DNA from: Vulcanimicrobiota bacterium
Lineage (GTDB): Bacteria; Vulcanimicrobiota; Vulcanimicrobiia; Vulcanimicrobiales; Vulcanimicrobiaceae
NCBI GenBank assembly: GCA_963723515.1
Contig: CAVRQT010000003.1
Coordinates: forward strand, 32,001-96,000
Reading direction: 5' to 3'
DNA: 64,000 bases
Below the pieces are notes generated by a model. It ran no database searches. It was given only the letters and a program-made list of their open reading frames with translations, and was not told the origin of the DNA. Of the stretch, positions 27,922-39,096 are shown piece after piece. The translations under genes were made by a program, and so were the position numbers. Positions within the stretch are counted from its first letter, which is position 1; every line of letters begins with the position of its first letter.

Positions 27922-29417
27922 GCGCGCTTCTGCCAACGGAGCGTTGCCATTGCATTGGGCTTCATACCGTCGCACCAGGTCGTATAGTAGGTGCGGGGCG
28001 GAATCCCGCTTGTCGCATACGCATATGACAGCCTTGGCCCATCTCGAACGGCCACGCATGCGCGATGCAGTTGCATGATGAAGTCGGGACGCCGTTCCAG
28101 CGGCACCTTGTCGATGAAGAGCGCGCGATGCGCACGAAGGTCCGCATCGTTGAACCAGCGTTTGGCTTCCTGCCCTTGGGTATCGTAACCGATGACGGCG
28201 GGTGTAACGCCGGCGTAAAAGTCCAGCGCCGACGAAAAGCCATAACCGTCCGTGACGGCAATCGCCCGCTGCTGCTCCGTGATGCGCCTGACGTCATGCG
28301 CTAAGCGCTCGTACGTGTAAATCTCAAATGCACCGTTGTCGCTCAAGTGAATCCCAAGATGCTGGACAAAGGCATAGATTCGATCTGGAACGATCGTTGC
28401 GCCGAAAAGCAGCACGAGTAAGAAAATCGCCGGCGCAATCGCAAATCCACTCCAAAAGCGGCGCATCTTGGGCGCAAGGCCGGTCCACGCAATTCCTGCG
28501 GCGATCGCGAGCGTCACAAACGGCGCATCAAACCAATAGACTTCGACCGGCTCCTTAAAGGCCAGCAGTGCAAAGCCGATCCCGAGCGGCAAAGCGCTCC
28601 AGAGCAGCAGCGGATTGCGGGCGCGTGCGGCCGCCACCACTGCGGCGGCATATAGCCCCGGCGAAAATGCGATGATCGCAGTGAGCTGCAACGTCAGCGG
28701 TCGCAAGAGCATCGGATGGCCCGCGTGACGTCCAAAGATCGAAAAAACGAACGTGATCCAGCCATGCGTAGCATTCCAAAGCAGAAATGGCGCTATCAGC
28801 AACACCGCGATCGCAACGCTGAACCACAGCCGCTGCGGTTCAACGGGCCGACGCAGGGAGCGTAGTGCGAGCCAGACGCCGGCAAGGAAGGCGAAACCGA
28901 AGAGTCGCGAGAGCAGCGTAAGCCCAACGCACACTCCAAGCCACACATACCAGCGCGTTTCGCCTTCACGAAACGCACGAGCACCGAAATACAGCGCGGC
29001 GGTCCATGCGGCGAGATAGGGGCCATCGGGAACGGCCGTTGCAAAGGCGATCGAAAGAATGGGGGCGAGCGCCACAGCCAGCCCGGCCGGTAGGGCGGCG
29101 CGGCGATCCTCGGCAAGATAGGCCGCCGTTGCAGCGGCAAAAACCGGCGCAGCGATGCCGCAGATAATGAAGGGCAGGCGGACGGCAAACGGGTTCGCAC
29201 CCAGCCAGGAGAAGAGCCGGATCGCATAGGCCACCAACGGCGGATGGTCGGTGTAGCCGGCCGCGAGATGACGGCTCCACTCCCAGTAGTAGCCCTCATC
29301 CCCGCCCAGCGGCGTGCGCCAGGCGCCGAGGCAGCGCAGCAGCGTCAGGATCGCCACCGTCGTCACAAGCAGGCCGCCCCCGTCCCACGAACGCAGCACA
29401 ATCTTGAGTTTTGTCAT
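27918..29417 (-). CDS. GT39/ArnT-like membrane glycosyltransferase
   Basis: DEGYYWEWSRHLAAGYTDHPPL, PFLLWNATHGW; many TM helices. Confidence 0.88.
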   Translation of the reverse strand: MTKLKIVLRSWDGGGLLVTTVAILTLLRCLGAWRTPLGGDEGYYWEWSRHLAAGYTDHPPLVAYAIRLFSWLGANPFAVRLPFIICGIAAPVFAAATAAYLAEDRRAALPAGLAVALAPILSIAFATAVPDGPYLAAWTAALYFGARAFREGETRWYVWLGVCVGLTLLSRLFGFAFLAGVWLALRSLRRPVEPQRLWFSVAIAVLLIAPFLLWNATHGWITFVFSIFGRHAGHPMLLRPLTLQLTAIIAFSPGLYAAAVVAAARARNPLLLWSALPLGIGFALLAFKEPVEVYWFDAPFVTLAIAAGIAWTGLAPKMRRFWSGFAIAPAIFLLVLLFGATIVPDRIYAFVQHLGIHLSDNGAFEIYTYERLAHDVRRITEQQRAIAVTDGYGFSSALDFYAGVTPAVIGYDTQGQEAKRWFNDADLRAHRALFIDKVPLERRPDFIMQLHRACVAVRDGPRLSYAYATSGIPPRTYYTTWCDGMKPNAMATLRWQKRA

Positions 29418-29460
29418 CCTGAGCTTAGCCTGTACTGAGCTTGTCGAAGCATCAAAGGAC
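29412..29460 (+). repeat. Nested REP-like repeat
   Basis: TGTCATCCTGAGCTT[AGCCTGTACTGAGCTTGTCGAAGC]ATCAAAGGAC. Confidence 0.72.
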
Positions 29461-29462
29461 GT

Positions 29463-29492
29463 TTGACGCTCAAAGAGCGCTCCTGCTACAAT
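29463..29492 (+). promoter_or_regulatory. Sigma70 promoter of secDF
   Basis: TTGACG-N18-TACAAT with TG extended -10. Confidence 0.7.
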
Positions 29493-29553
29493 GCATCAGC
29501 TTACGCCGCGGTCGGCTCTTGTGGCCCCGAGGTGATCCGCATCTTGGGAGATC

Positions 29554-30880
29554 ATGAGCTGGAATAGACTGAGGAACCCACTGAAGGCGCTGGTCGTATT
29601 GGCCATTGCGGCGCTGTGCATTTGGTTCGTCGTCCCCATTCAGAAGAAAATTCACCTCGGCTTGGACCTCCAAGGCGGCGTGCGAGTCTTGCTGCAGCTC
29701 AATCCGAACACCCAGGTTCCGCAGATCAACTCGCAGGTGCAAGGCGAGGTCGAGCAGGTCATTCAAAACCGCATCAACGGCTTGGGCGTGACCGAACCGG
29801 TCATCACGCGCGTCGGCAACGATCGATTGATGGTCGAGCTGCCGCAGGTCAAAAATCCCGACGAAGCGACCAAAACGCTCAAAGAAATCGCGCAACTCGA
29901 GTTTAAGATCGTTCCGGAAGCGGTCGCAACTCGCGCCGAGCGCGATCTAAAATATGCGCGCGATCCGAACGGCGCCTACAAGGACAGCGGTCCCGTCGTC
30001 TACTCTGGCGCCGAGTTGAAAAACGCCGTCGCCGGCTATCAGAATACGAACAACGAACCGGTGATATATTTTTACACGAAGAACCCGCGCAAGTTCGGAC
30101 AGCTCACGCAGCAGAACTTGCATCGCCCGCTCGGTATCTTTCTCGACAAGCATTTCATTTCGGCGCCCGTAATCAACGCGGCAATCTTTGACTCCGGTGT
30201 CATCGAAGGCAACTTCACGCAAGACGACACGATCCGACTCGCAAACGAGCTCAACGCCGGTGCGCTGCCCGTCGGCATCACGATCATCGAGAACGATACG
30301 ATCGGTCCGACCCTCGGCGCAATCGACTTAAAGAAATCGCTTTACGCCTCGATGTTTGGATTGGGCGCTCGTGCTGATCTTCATGATCGCGGTCTATCGA
30401 CTGCCCGGCTTCTTGGCCGACCTGGCCCTGATCGTCTACGTGCTGATGATGTTGGGACTGCTTGCGAGCGCCAAGGCGACGTTGACGCTGCCGGGCATCG
30501 CCGGATTCGTGCTCTCGATCGGCATGGCAGTCGACGCGAACGTCCTGATTTTCGAACGGCTCAAGGAAGAGTTGTGGTCCGGCAAGACGCTGCGTGCCGC
30601 CGTGCGCACCGGTTTTGCGCGCGCATTTACGGCGGTCTTCGATAGCCACTTCACGACGATCGTCGGCGCAGGCGTGCTGTTCTGGCTTGGAACCGGTACG
30701 GTCAAAGGTTTCGCTTACACGCTCTTTTGGGGCACGGTCTTCTCGTTAATTACCGCCGTTTTTATCACGCGCTTCTTCGTTGACGTTTTGGTGGACAACA
30801 ATCTGATCACGGCACCACCCGCCTACGGCGTCAATCCGAAAGACATCGGAACGCTGGCGCCCGCCCGGAGCAGCACATAA
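29554..30880 (+). CDS. secD: Protein translocase subunit SecD; frameshift near 30367
   Basis: LGLDLQGG, RINGLGVTEP, LNAGALP, IGPTLG, TLTLPGIAG, GMAVDANVLIFER. Confidence 0.96.
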
Positions 30881-32247
30881 TGCTCTTTCGCCGGCTGAAC
30901 TGGAACATCGTCGGATGGTTCCGGATCGTCTCCATGATCTCGTACGTCATCATCGGCATCGGCATTGCCGTAATGTTCTATCACGCGTTAAGCGCCCCCG
31001 GTGGCGGCTTCCAGCCCTCGCATGCGCTGCGCCTAGGTCTTTCGTTCACCGGCGGTACCGACATTGACGTCAAGTTCACCAAGCCGGTGTCGCAAGATCA
31101 GGTGAAAGGCGCGCTTGGCACGATCGGCGTCAGCGATGAGCGGATCACGGAAGTCGGCGCACGGGGAAAGGAGCCGCCCGGCGAGCGCTACTCGATTCAA
31201 ACGCAGACGGCGCTTGGAAATGATACCGGCAAACTGTGGAGCGCGCTGGGCAACGTAGCGCCGGTCGACCGCAGCCAATCACAGATCGCATCCGTCGGCC
31301 CGTCGCTCGGCCGCGAGTATCTCATGAAGGCGATTTGGGCGCTCGTGATCGCGCTGTCGATCCAGTTCATGTACATCGCCTTCCGCTTCGGCTGGAATTA
31401 CATCTTCGGTCTAGTAACGGTCATCGCACTGGTTCGCGATGCGCTGATGATGATCGGCATCTATGCGGTTGCCGATAAGCGCGCCGACGATGCCTTCCTG
31501 GCCGCGGTGCTGACGGTTATCGGTTACTCGGTCATGGATACGATCGTTATCCTGGATCGAATTCGTGAAAACACGCGCTTGATGGTCGACGTTCCGTACG
31601 ACCGTATCGTCAATACCTCGATTCTGCAAACGATGACGCGTTCGTTCAACACGCTGGCGACCGTCGTCATCACGCTCGTCGCGCTGCTCGCGCTCGGCGG
31701 CGCCTCGCTGCAAAACTTCGCCTTCGCCTTGCTCGTCGGCATCTGCTCGGGCGGCTACCACTCGATCTTTTTCTCCGCGCCGCTCGTGCTCGGTTTTCGC
31801 AAACGACAGATGGAAGCAGCGGTGCGCCGCCGGCGACTTGGGCTTGCAACGGACCGCACGCAAACGGCGCGCACGGTTGCCGAAGCGAAATCGCTCGGCA
31901 GCCGCGCGGGAATGGATCGCGTCGACATCGTTCAGAAGCGGCGCGAACGCCGCGAGAAAGCGAAAGTCGCGCGCCCGTACAGGTGGTGGGCCAGTCCGCT
32001 ATCGCCGCAAGCGAGCCGATGATGCCGTCATGACGCAATCTCAGAAGAAGAAGCGATCGATCCGCTCGACGCGCAGAACGCCGGCTTAGACGAGCAAGCG
32101 CTGCAAGCCGGACACGAAGAGATCAATTTGAACCTCGAGGGGTTCGAGCCGCAGGTGCCGCTCGCGGAACATGATTCTGCCGAGCAACAGCCTGCCCTGA
32201 GCGAGCCGAAGGGTCGGAGTGCCGAAGGGACGCAAGAGGGCAGCTGA
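30880..32247 (+). CDS. secF: Protein translocase subunit SecF with long charged C-terminal tail; frameshifts in tail, end approximate
   Basis: LGLSFTGGT, SVGPSLG, IGYSVMDTIVILDRIREN, SILQTMTRS; tracked ORF ends at 32022, acidic tail continues in another frame to TGA 32247. Confidence 0.9.
32189..32229 (+). repeat. REP-like repeat variant at the secF/helicase junction
   Basis: AGCCTGCCCTGAGCGAGCCGAAGGG...GCCGAAGGG; first 13 nt identical to the inner copy at 52889. Confidence 0.62.
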
Positions 32248-34187
32248 CGCGCTGCCGCTTCCGACAGCATCGGAGGCGGCCTTTGAAAGACTTCTCGCCT
32301 CCTATCTCGGTCCGCAGCCCGCGGTTGCGGAGACAGCGCCGCAGCGTTCCACGCGCGATGAATTCGTCACGGAACTCTTTGCGGAGAGCGAAAAATTTCT
32401 AGCACCGCGCACGATCGCCGACACCGAGCGCTTCAACTCGAAGATCGTCGGCGTTTCGTTCGAGGGTCGCCAAGATGTCATTGCCGGCCTGCAGGTCGGC
32501 GCAACGCTAACGCTTGAGCGTCAGCCCGACAATCCGCACGATCCCAACGCGATCGCCGTCTCCTACGGCACCTTGCAGCTGGGCTACATCAGAAAAGAGC
32601 ACGCCGTGCATCTCGCATCGGTGATCGATTCCGGCGTTGCGTACCGCTGCTACATCAGCATGCTGACCGGCGGCGGCGACTTGCATCGCGGCGTCAACAT
32701 CGTTGTCGAACGCGCGCGTGCTGCCGTCCTCGAATCAAGACCGTCGGTCGCCGTTGACGCCGATGCCGCCGCGGTCCGTCAGGCTCTGATCGGCGATCAG
32801 CCGGTTCGCCCCGCTCAGCAAGCCGTTCTTGACCGACTCGAGCACGGCAAGAACACGCTCGCGATTCTCGGCACAGGACGCGGCAAGTCGTTCTGCTTTC
32901 AGTATCCGGCAGCGATGCGGGCGTTGGACAGCGGTCAAAAGACGGTCGCCGTGTACCCGTTGCGCGCCCTCGCGAACGATCAGTTTGACGCGGTGCACCG
33001 GCGTTTTGATGGCTTCGGGTTGCGGATCTTTCGCGCGAACGGCTCGATCGATGCGGCGCACCGCGTCGCACTTTTCGACGCGCTCGGCAGTGGAGCGTGG
33101 GACATCATCTTTGCGACGCCTGAATTCTTGCAGTTTCATCGCGATGCGTTTTCGAAATCGAGCCGGCCGTCACTCGTCGTGGTCGATGAAGCGCATCATA
33201 TCTTTGCTTCTCGCCATCGCGATGCGTACAGCAATCTTGGCCGGGCGATCCGCGAACTCGGTGCGCCCCAGGTCCTTGCCTTGACCGCGACGGCACGCGA
33301 CGATGCTTTCACCGATATGACGCGAGAGTTGGAAATTGAATCGTGGGTCATCGATCCAACCGTGCGCGAAAATCTGCACGTGGTCGATGCGCGCGAAAAC
33401 GCGGATAAGGTCGGCTATATGCGCGGCCTTTTTGAGGGCTCCGGCAAAGGCATCGTCTACTGCAACTCCAAGCGAGAATGCGTGAACGTTGCGGACCAGC
33501 TGCGCAAGACGTTTGGAAATGACGTGATCTACTACCACGGCGGATTGGATAGCGAAGCACGGCTGAATGCGGAACGCTACTTCCGCGAGGGCCAGGTACG
33601 TGTGGTCGTAGCAACGACTGCGTTCGGCGAAGGGATCGATTTACCGGACGTGCGTGACGTTGTGCTGTATCACTTGAACTTCAATTTCACGGAGTTCAAC
33701 CAGCAGGCGGGCCGTGCCGGCAGAGACGGAGCGCCGGCGCGCATTCATTTGCTTTTCGGTGAGCGCGACCGCGCGCTCAACGAGTTCCTGATCAGCCTCG
33801 GTGCGCCGACGCTTGCGGTGTTGCGCGAAATTTACAGAGAGGTTCGTGCACTTAGCCGCGACGGCATCGTACGGATGTCGGCGGAAGAAATTGCGCGCAC
33901 GCTCGACATCCGTCACACCGAAGGGGACGACGATCACCTCGGCCGTCCAGATCTTCGAAGATGCCGGGCTGGTGGAAATAGGCAGGGATGAGGATGGAAA
34001 GTTCATTCGCTTTCTGCCGGCGCGCGAGCGCATCGACCTGACCAAAAACGAACGCTTCGCAGAAGGCGAGGCAGAGCGTGAGGACTTTGCGCGCTTTGCG
34101 GAATTTGCATTGAAGGCGAGCCCTCAGGCGCTTGAAACGATCATCAACCGCCCGATTTATCCGTCGAACGTTCCCCTAGAGAAGTAG
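32219..34187 (+). CDS. HIRAN domain + RecQ-like DEAH helicase; frameshift near 33925
   Basis: HIRAN: KIVGVSFEGRQ...LERQPDNPHDPNAIAV...LGYI; helicase: GTGRGKS, DEAH, LTATA, ATTAFGEGID, QQAGRAGRDG. Confidence 0.88.
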
Positions 34188-34190
34188 CCG

Positions 34191-35387
34191 CTAAGCCACC
34201 ACGCGCGCGACGTTCGCGCCGTCAACTCGCTTGTAGAACGCGTTGTTCGTTTCAGAGACGCGCGGCGCCCATGGATCGATTTGGTCGGGACGCACAGGAA
34301 AATGAACCGTCGGTCCGGCGGCATCGCGGTAATCAGCGTCTCCAAACGGCGCAACGTCGCGGCTCTCGCCATGCGCGATAACCGTTGCGGAGATCGCTGC
34401 CGCCGCTTCGTTTGCTCTTGCGCGCAGATCCGGATCGAGTCGCGCGTCGCGCGCGAACGAATCGTAGAGTGCGATTGCAGGCCTATCCGCGCGCCAGGGC
34501 ATCCCATCCGAATTTGGAAAGCGCACCATGCCTTCGATCCGGCTTGCGTCATCACGAACGGCGTCGATTTCATTCCGCGGAACGGATGCAAAGGCGTCGT
34601 TGAACGCTTTGACGTCTTGCTCGACGCGCGCCCAGCGCTCCGCTGAAAGATCGAGTACGTCGAATGCGGCGGCGGGATGCCAACGCTCTGATCCGGCCTC
34701 ATACGAGAAGTGCATGACGTTGCGCACGACCGATTGCGCCATCGCCTTCGTGTCATTGGTGTGGTCCGCAATCGCCTCCGCGACGGTGCTCGGCGTGCCG
34801 GGAGAAAGCATCGTTTCCGGGCTGGCCGCCAAAAAACGCACGCCGGCGTGCGACAATTCGTCGGCAAAACCAAGGCTCGCCATCAGGCATTGATTTGCGA
34901 CGACGCCGTCGACACGTCGTCCTGCGTCTTCGGGATGCGCTTGCGCGTGCAGTTGCACGCCCTTCGCGATAGCAGCGGACATCGAGTCAATCGACATGAT
35001 CGCCTTCGCGCTATCCGCTTCTAAGCCGCCGCCGTCGCCGCCGCCGTGGTCGCTCAGTTCAACCCACGTCTGCTTCGCACCGCAGCGCTCCGCTTCGTCT
35101 AGGGTTCGCGCGACGAAACGCGCGAGGTTCTGCGGCGATGCCATGTCGTGCGCTGCACTCGTCGTCGCGTTTCGGACGCCGCCGTCGTCTATCGTGTACG
35201 ATCTTGTTTCCAGCGAGTCCGAATTTCGCGAGGTCGTGTCTTCGATCGTGAATTCGACGTTTGAACAACTCCGGCTGACCTGCAGGGCTTGCGCCAGCGT
35301 CACCGCCTGCGAGCCGTCCAAATTGTTGTCGCCGTCGCGATAGATGCCGAATTCGAGCGTGCGCCGCACGCTGGTGACGCTTTGCAT
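34191..35387 (-). CDS. Clostripain (peptidase C11)-related cysteine peptidase, no obvious signal peptide
   Basis: IYRDGDNNLD, LSDHGGG (His), NQCLMA (Cys), LAASPE. Confidence 0.75.
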   Translation of the reverse strand: MQSVTSVRRTLEFGIYRDGDNNLDGSQAVTLAQALQVSRSCSNVEFTIEDTTSRNSDSLETRSYTIDDGGVRNATTSAAHDMASPQNLARFVARTLDEAERCGAKQTWVELSDHGGGDGGGLEADSAKAIMSIDSMSAAIAKGVQLHAQAHPEDAGRRVDGVVANQCLMASLGFADELSHAGVRFLAASPETMLSPGTPSTVAEAIADHTNDTKAMAQSVVRNVMHFSYEAGSERWHPAAAFDVLDLSAERWARVEQDVKAFNDAFASVPRNEIDAVRDDASRIEGMVRFPNSDGMPWRADRPAIALYDSFARDARLDPDLRARANEAAAAISATVIAHGESRDVAPFGDADYRDAAGPTVHFPVRPDQIDPWAPRVSETNNAFYKRVDGANVARVVA

Positions 35388-35446
35388 CGAGCCCTCCTGA
35401 AATTCTCTTCAGGGGCTATCTGCGACGAACTAGCGCTGTAGAAAGG

Positions 35447-36358
35447 TCAACGGTGGCACCGACCGGAGCCGGCGTCGGTGAACGTCTTGCCGCTCTCGGG
35501 TTGAAACTTCCAATCGTAATCGTGATCGCGTAAATGCAACACGAGCACGCCGAACGTGTTGCTGTTGCGCGCTTGGCTGTTCGGTTCAACCTTTGTGAAA
35601 ATGTAGTGGCTGCGGCCGCCGGTGCCGACGACGAACTCCCGAATCCCACGCGCATTCGACGTGCCGTTCGGATCTTGCGGTCCGAAGCGCTCGTAGTCGT
35701 GATCGTGTCCGTTCAGCACGATGTCGGCATGCGCGGCGTAGAGGTCTCGCCAAAACGCTAGGTACGCCGCGTCGCTATGGTGCAGCCCCGATGAAAAACG
35801 CGGCTGATGCCAATATGCGAGAATGCAGTCCGCATGCTGCTTCTGAAGATCGTTCTTGAGCCAAGCTTCTTCCGCCGAGCCCGCTGCACAACCGCCGACT
35901 TCACCGCAGTTGGCATTGATCGCGACGAAGTGCCACCGCCCGCGGTCGAAACTATAGTAGCCTTTTGACTGATCCCCCGCTCGAGCACCAAAGTATCCGA
36001 AGTATCCGGCCGCGTGCGGGGTCACGTACTCGTGATTGCCTGGAACGGGCCGAGTGACCGCTAAGAATCTGCCCCATGTATTCCCATAGGACGATCGAAA
36101 GGCGTCGAGCGTCGCAGCTTGATATTGTTCATCGCCCAATGGAAGCAGCAAATCGGGGTGCGCAACCGCGATCAATTGTGCGGTGGCGCCCATATGACAG
36201 CTCTCGTCGGATGCATCTTCGGCTTTAGAACCCATCGCTGTCGCATCGCATGCAATGTCACCGGCGGCGACAACGGTGAGCGGCCGTTCATTTGTCGCAG
36301 CAACCGCGGCAATCGCCAATGCCAGCAGCGGTGCAGCGATCGCAGCAATGGCGTTCAC
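35447..36358 (-). CDS. Secreted calcineurin-like metallophosphoesterase
   Basis: Signal peptide; AAGDIA, LGDEQY, PGNHEY, WHQP, NGHDHDYER. Confidence 0.88.
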   Translation of the reverse strand: MNAIAAIAAPLLALAIAAVAATNERPLTVVAAGDIACDATAMGSKAEDASDESCHMGATAQLIAVAHPDLLLPLGDEQYQAATLDAFRSSYGNTWGRFLAVTRPVPGNHEYVTPHAAGYFGYFGARAGDQSKGYYSFDRGRWHFVAINANCGEVGGCAAGSAEEAWLKNDLQKQHADCILAYWHQPRFSSGLHHSDAAYLAFWRDLYAAHADIVLNGHDHDYERFGPQDPNGTSNARGIREFVVGTGGRSHYIFTKVEPNSQARNSNTFGVLVLHLRDHDYDWKFQPESGKTFTDAGSGRCHR

Positions 36359-36363
36359 GCCAC

Positions 36364-37158
36364 CTAAAATCCCGTCAAGGTCATCGAACCGCTCACCGTC
36401 GCGAAAGAAATCTTTGCCCCGCCGCCATTCAGGTTTGCGCTGACATTTGTGCCGACGGTTTGGCTTGTCTTTGGAACATCTAAGTTGGATGAAAAATCTC
36501 CGGAGACGCTCCGAGCACTGATCGACGCGCCGGAGTGCTTCGGAATCCGGAAGACGATGTCGCCGCTTACGGAACCGCCGGTCAATTGACTGCCCGGCGC
36601 CAACGACGCAGCAGAGCCATCGATGGAACCCGAGGTCGTCGTCAACGTGAGGTTGCCGCGGTTGGTGGTCGCTTTGATGTCTCCGCTGATCGAAGTCGCG
36701 CGAACATCGCCTGTTACGCCGGTGACCTCGACACTGCCGTCGACGTTCGAGACATTCACGGCCATATTTTCAGGGATGAGAATTTGGTAGTCCACGCGAC
36801 CTGAAACGCGCGAGCCAAAGAAGAGAAACGTCGTGGGATAGTGCGTTCTGATATGTATTGTGTCGTCGACGCGGTCGGTCACAACCGAAATTTTTTGCAG
36901 CGCCGCGCTATCGCGCGCGCGAACGGTGGCAGTGACCTCGACGTCCGATCGTTTTGTACCGGTAACATCCACACGGCCGCTGACGTTTGACACCCTGACG
37001 TTTTGCACGCCGGCTGCCGAAAGAATGCGATGAACCTTGGCGCTTGCATTGTAGCCGCCGCGTTCTTCAAAAGACGTCGTACATGCGGCAAGCGCGAAAA
37101 TCGTCGCCGTAAGAAGGACCGAGGAACCGAGCAACGCGGGTATACGTTTTTTCATCAT
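36364..37158 (-). CDS. DUF4097-type beta-strand repeat lipoprotein
   Basis: Lipobox LAAC; repeated (N/T/S)VSG(D/S)I units. Confidence 0.8.
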   Translation of the reverse strand: MMKKRIPALLGSSVLLTATIFALAACTTSFEERGGYNASAKVHRILSAAGVQNVRVSNVSGRVDVTGTKRSDVEVTATVRARDSAALQKISVVTDRVDDTIHIRTHYPTTFLFFGSRVSGRVDYQILIPENMAVNVSNVDGSVEVTGVTGDVRATSISGDIKATTNRGNLTLTTTSGSIDGSAASLAPGSQLTGGSVSGDIVFRIPKHSGASISARSVSGDFSSNLDVPKTSQTVGTNVSANLNGGGAKISFATVSGSMTLTGF

Positions 37159-37181
37159 AATCACACTTGAGGTGAGAAAAC

Positions 37182-37776
37182 TTGATCGTAGATATAAAGA
37201 AAGTGCTTGCCTGGGTCGCGCTAATGAGTCTCCTGCCGGTTGCTGCTTCGGCTGTAACCGTCTCGCTTCCGGCTGGAACCGAAATCAACGCGACACTGGA
37301 TAACCCGATTGACACCGGCAACGCGAACGTCGGCGACCAGTTCACCGCCCACGTTCAACCGCCGTATCCGTACGGCGAACACCGCTTTGACCAACGCCGT
37401 CATCTACGGCGAGATCGTCAACGTTCAGCGTGCCGGCCAGGGAAGAAAACCGGCCATCGAGCTGCGATTCACAACGATCCGTTTCTATGATGGCTCCAGC
37501 GCGCAGATCGACGGCTACCTCGTCGCATCACAACAGCGCAGCCAACAGAAGAGCGGCGCTCGCGTTGTTGCGACGACGCTCGCCGGAATGCTCGTTGGAA
37601 ATGCACTCGGCAAGGTCATCTTCGGCTCGGGCTCTCGAATGGGCGGCTGGGTCGGAGCGGCCGGCGGATTTCTGGTCGGCCAAAATTACCAAGCCAACCT
37701 TGAGATTCCGCAAGGGTCGCAGATGGTCGTGAAACTACGGCGCACGTTGTCGACTCGTCGCCAGGCCGGCCAATAG
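37182..37776 (+). CDS. Secreted protein with TrbI/VirB10-like beta domain and glycine zipper; frameshift near 37380
   Basis: LPAGTEINATLDNPI...GDQFTA / AVIYGEIVNV...ELRF / AGMLVGNALG...GAAGG / IPQGSQMVVKL across two frames. Confidence 0.6.
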
Positions 37777-37814
37777 TTCAATCCAGCATGTCCGCCGACC
37801 GCGCTTCGCGCGGA

Positions 37815-38661
37815 TCAGCGCGGAGCCGGTGGACACTCTTTGAGCAACGTGTAGCCGTCCGCCGTGGAATGCTGAACGACGTATTGCACGATAACCGGCT
37901 CGCGGCCGGCTTTATCGGGCGGCGGCGGCTGAAATGGGATCGGCGCATCGGGATGCAGGCGCTCGTTTTGCGCCGACCATGGATCGACAGCTTCGCTCGG
38001 ATAGTACCAAAGCCAATCCAACTTCGTTGAATCCGCGTGGCCGTCCGGATAGTGGACGGTCATCTTGATCGTCTCGCGAAACGCGCCCGTGCCTTTGTCG
38101 TAGATCGGCTCCGCCGCCGGAACAAACTCAACGTAGCCGCAGGGTTCGTTCGGCGCGGCATACGTTCCATTGCCGGTGCCGCGACCGCCCGCGCCGGTTC
38201 CGGTTCCTTGACCGCCTGCGCCGGTACCCGTTCCGCGCGATGTCCCTCCGGCACCGACGCCCGCGCCGCTGCGGGTCAGACCTGGACCGGCGCGCGCGAT
38301 CTTCGGAACGACGATGTGCTCGATGCGCGGCGCGTGATGAACCGTATGCGCGATCGACTTTGCCGCACCGCGCTTGTGCGCGGCAGCTTTCGGCGCCGCG
38401 GGCGCCGGATTCACCGTCGCTACGACGTGCGGCGTCGGGACGATCTTCGGCGTCGGGACCAGATGTGGCGTCGGCCGCGGTGTCGGCCGGCGCACGATGT
38501 GCACGACGAACGTCGTGGCAATGCGCTCCGGTTGTTCCGGATTCGAGCGACCCCAGTGAAAAAGCGCGGCGCCAATCTCGTGCAAGGCGATGGCAATCGC
38601 AAAAGCGATCGCCAGCCGGCGCCGGTATTCCGTGTCGTTGCCGAATAAAAAAGAGAGCCAT
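37815..38661 (-). CDS. Membrane-anchored Pro/Gly-rich (TonB-like architecture) hypothetical protein; start uncertain
   Basis: RRRLAIAFAIAIALHE anchor lies upstream in frame, then PTPRPTP and GAGTG-rich linkers and a globular C-domain. Confidence 0.55.
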
Positions 38662-38683
38662 CCCCCGGAGGCGGATGACTCTG
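38646..38683 (-). terminator. Rho-independent terminator of the 38721-39017 gene
   Basis: - strand GAGTCATCC...GGATGGCTC hairpin followed by TCTTTTTT. Confidence 0.7.
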
Positions 38684-38720
38684 CTTCATGTCGAGCTTGC
38701 GTCTTAGGTCAACCGCCGAT

Positions 38721-39017
38721 CTACTGTGGATTTACTCCGTACGTGCGGTAGTACCACTCCCGGAATTGCTGATCGGTCGGGTAGTAACCATATTTCTGGT
38801 AGAACCACGAACGGTAGGCTTCTTGACGGCGGGCCTGCTCGCGCAGCTCCGCTTGTTTCTCGCGTTTCTTGTGGTTGTAGTTTGTGATCGTCAACGCCGC
38901 TGCCGCGCTGCCGATTAAGATGTTGCGCGTGCTTGCGGCGCCGTCCGCCAATGCGGGTGCGAGCGTTCCGAAGGCAAGTGCCGCTGTCAGGGCCGACGCG
39001 ACAATTTTGTGCTTCAT
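38721..39017 (-). CDS. Small secreted hypothetical protein
   Basis: Signal peptide ending PALA, SD AGAAAGGA upstream, own terminator. Confidence 0.75.
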   Translation of the reverse strand: MKHKIVASALTAALAFGTLAPALADGAASTRNILIGSAAAALTITNYNHKKREKQAELREQARRQEAYRSWFYQKYGYYPTDQQFREWYYRTYGVNPQ

Positions 39018-39096
39018 GCGGATCCTTTCTCATTAGCCGCTACTGCCATTGAAACGGAAAAGGCAGCAGGCCACGTTCCACGAACCCCTTGGCGCC

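Noticed and set aside
35413..35445. Sigma28-like promoter (GCAGATAG) before the C11 peptidase
   Set aside because: Poor -35 match; too weak to call
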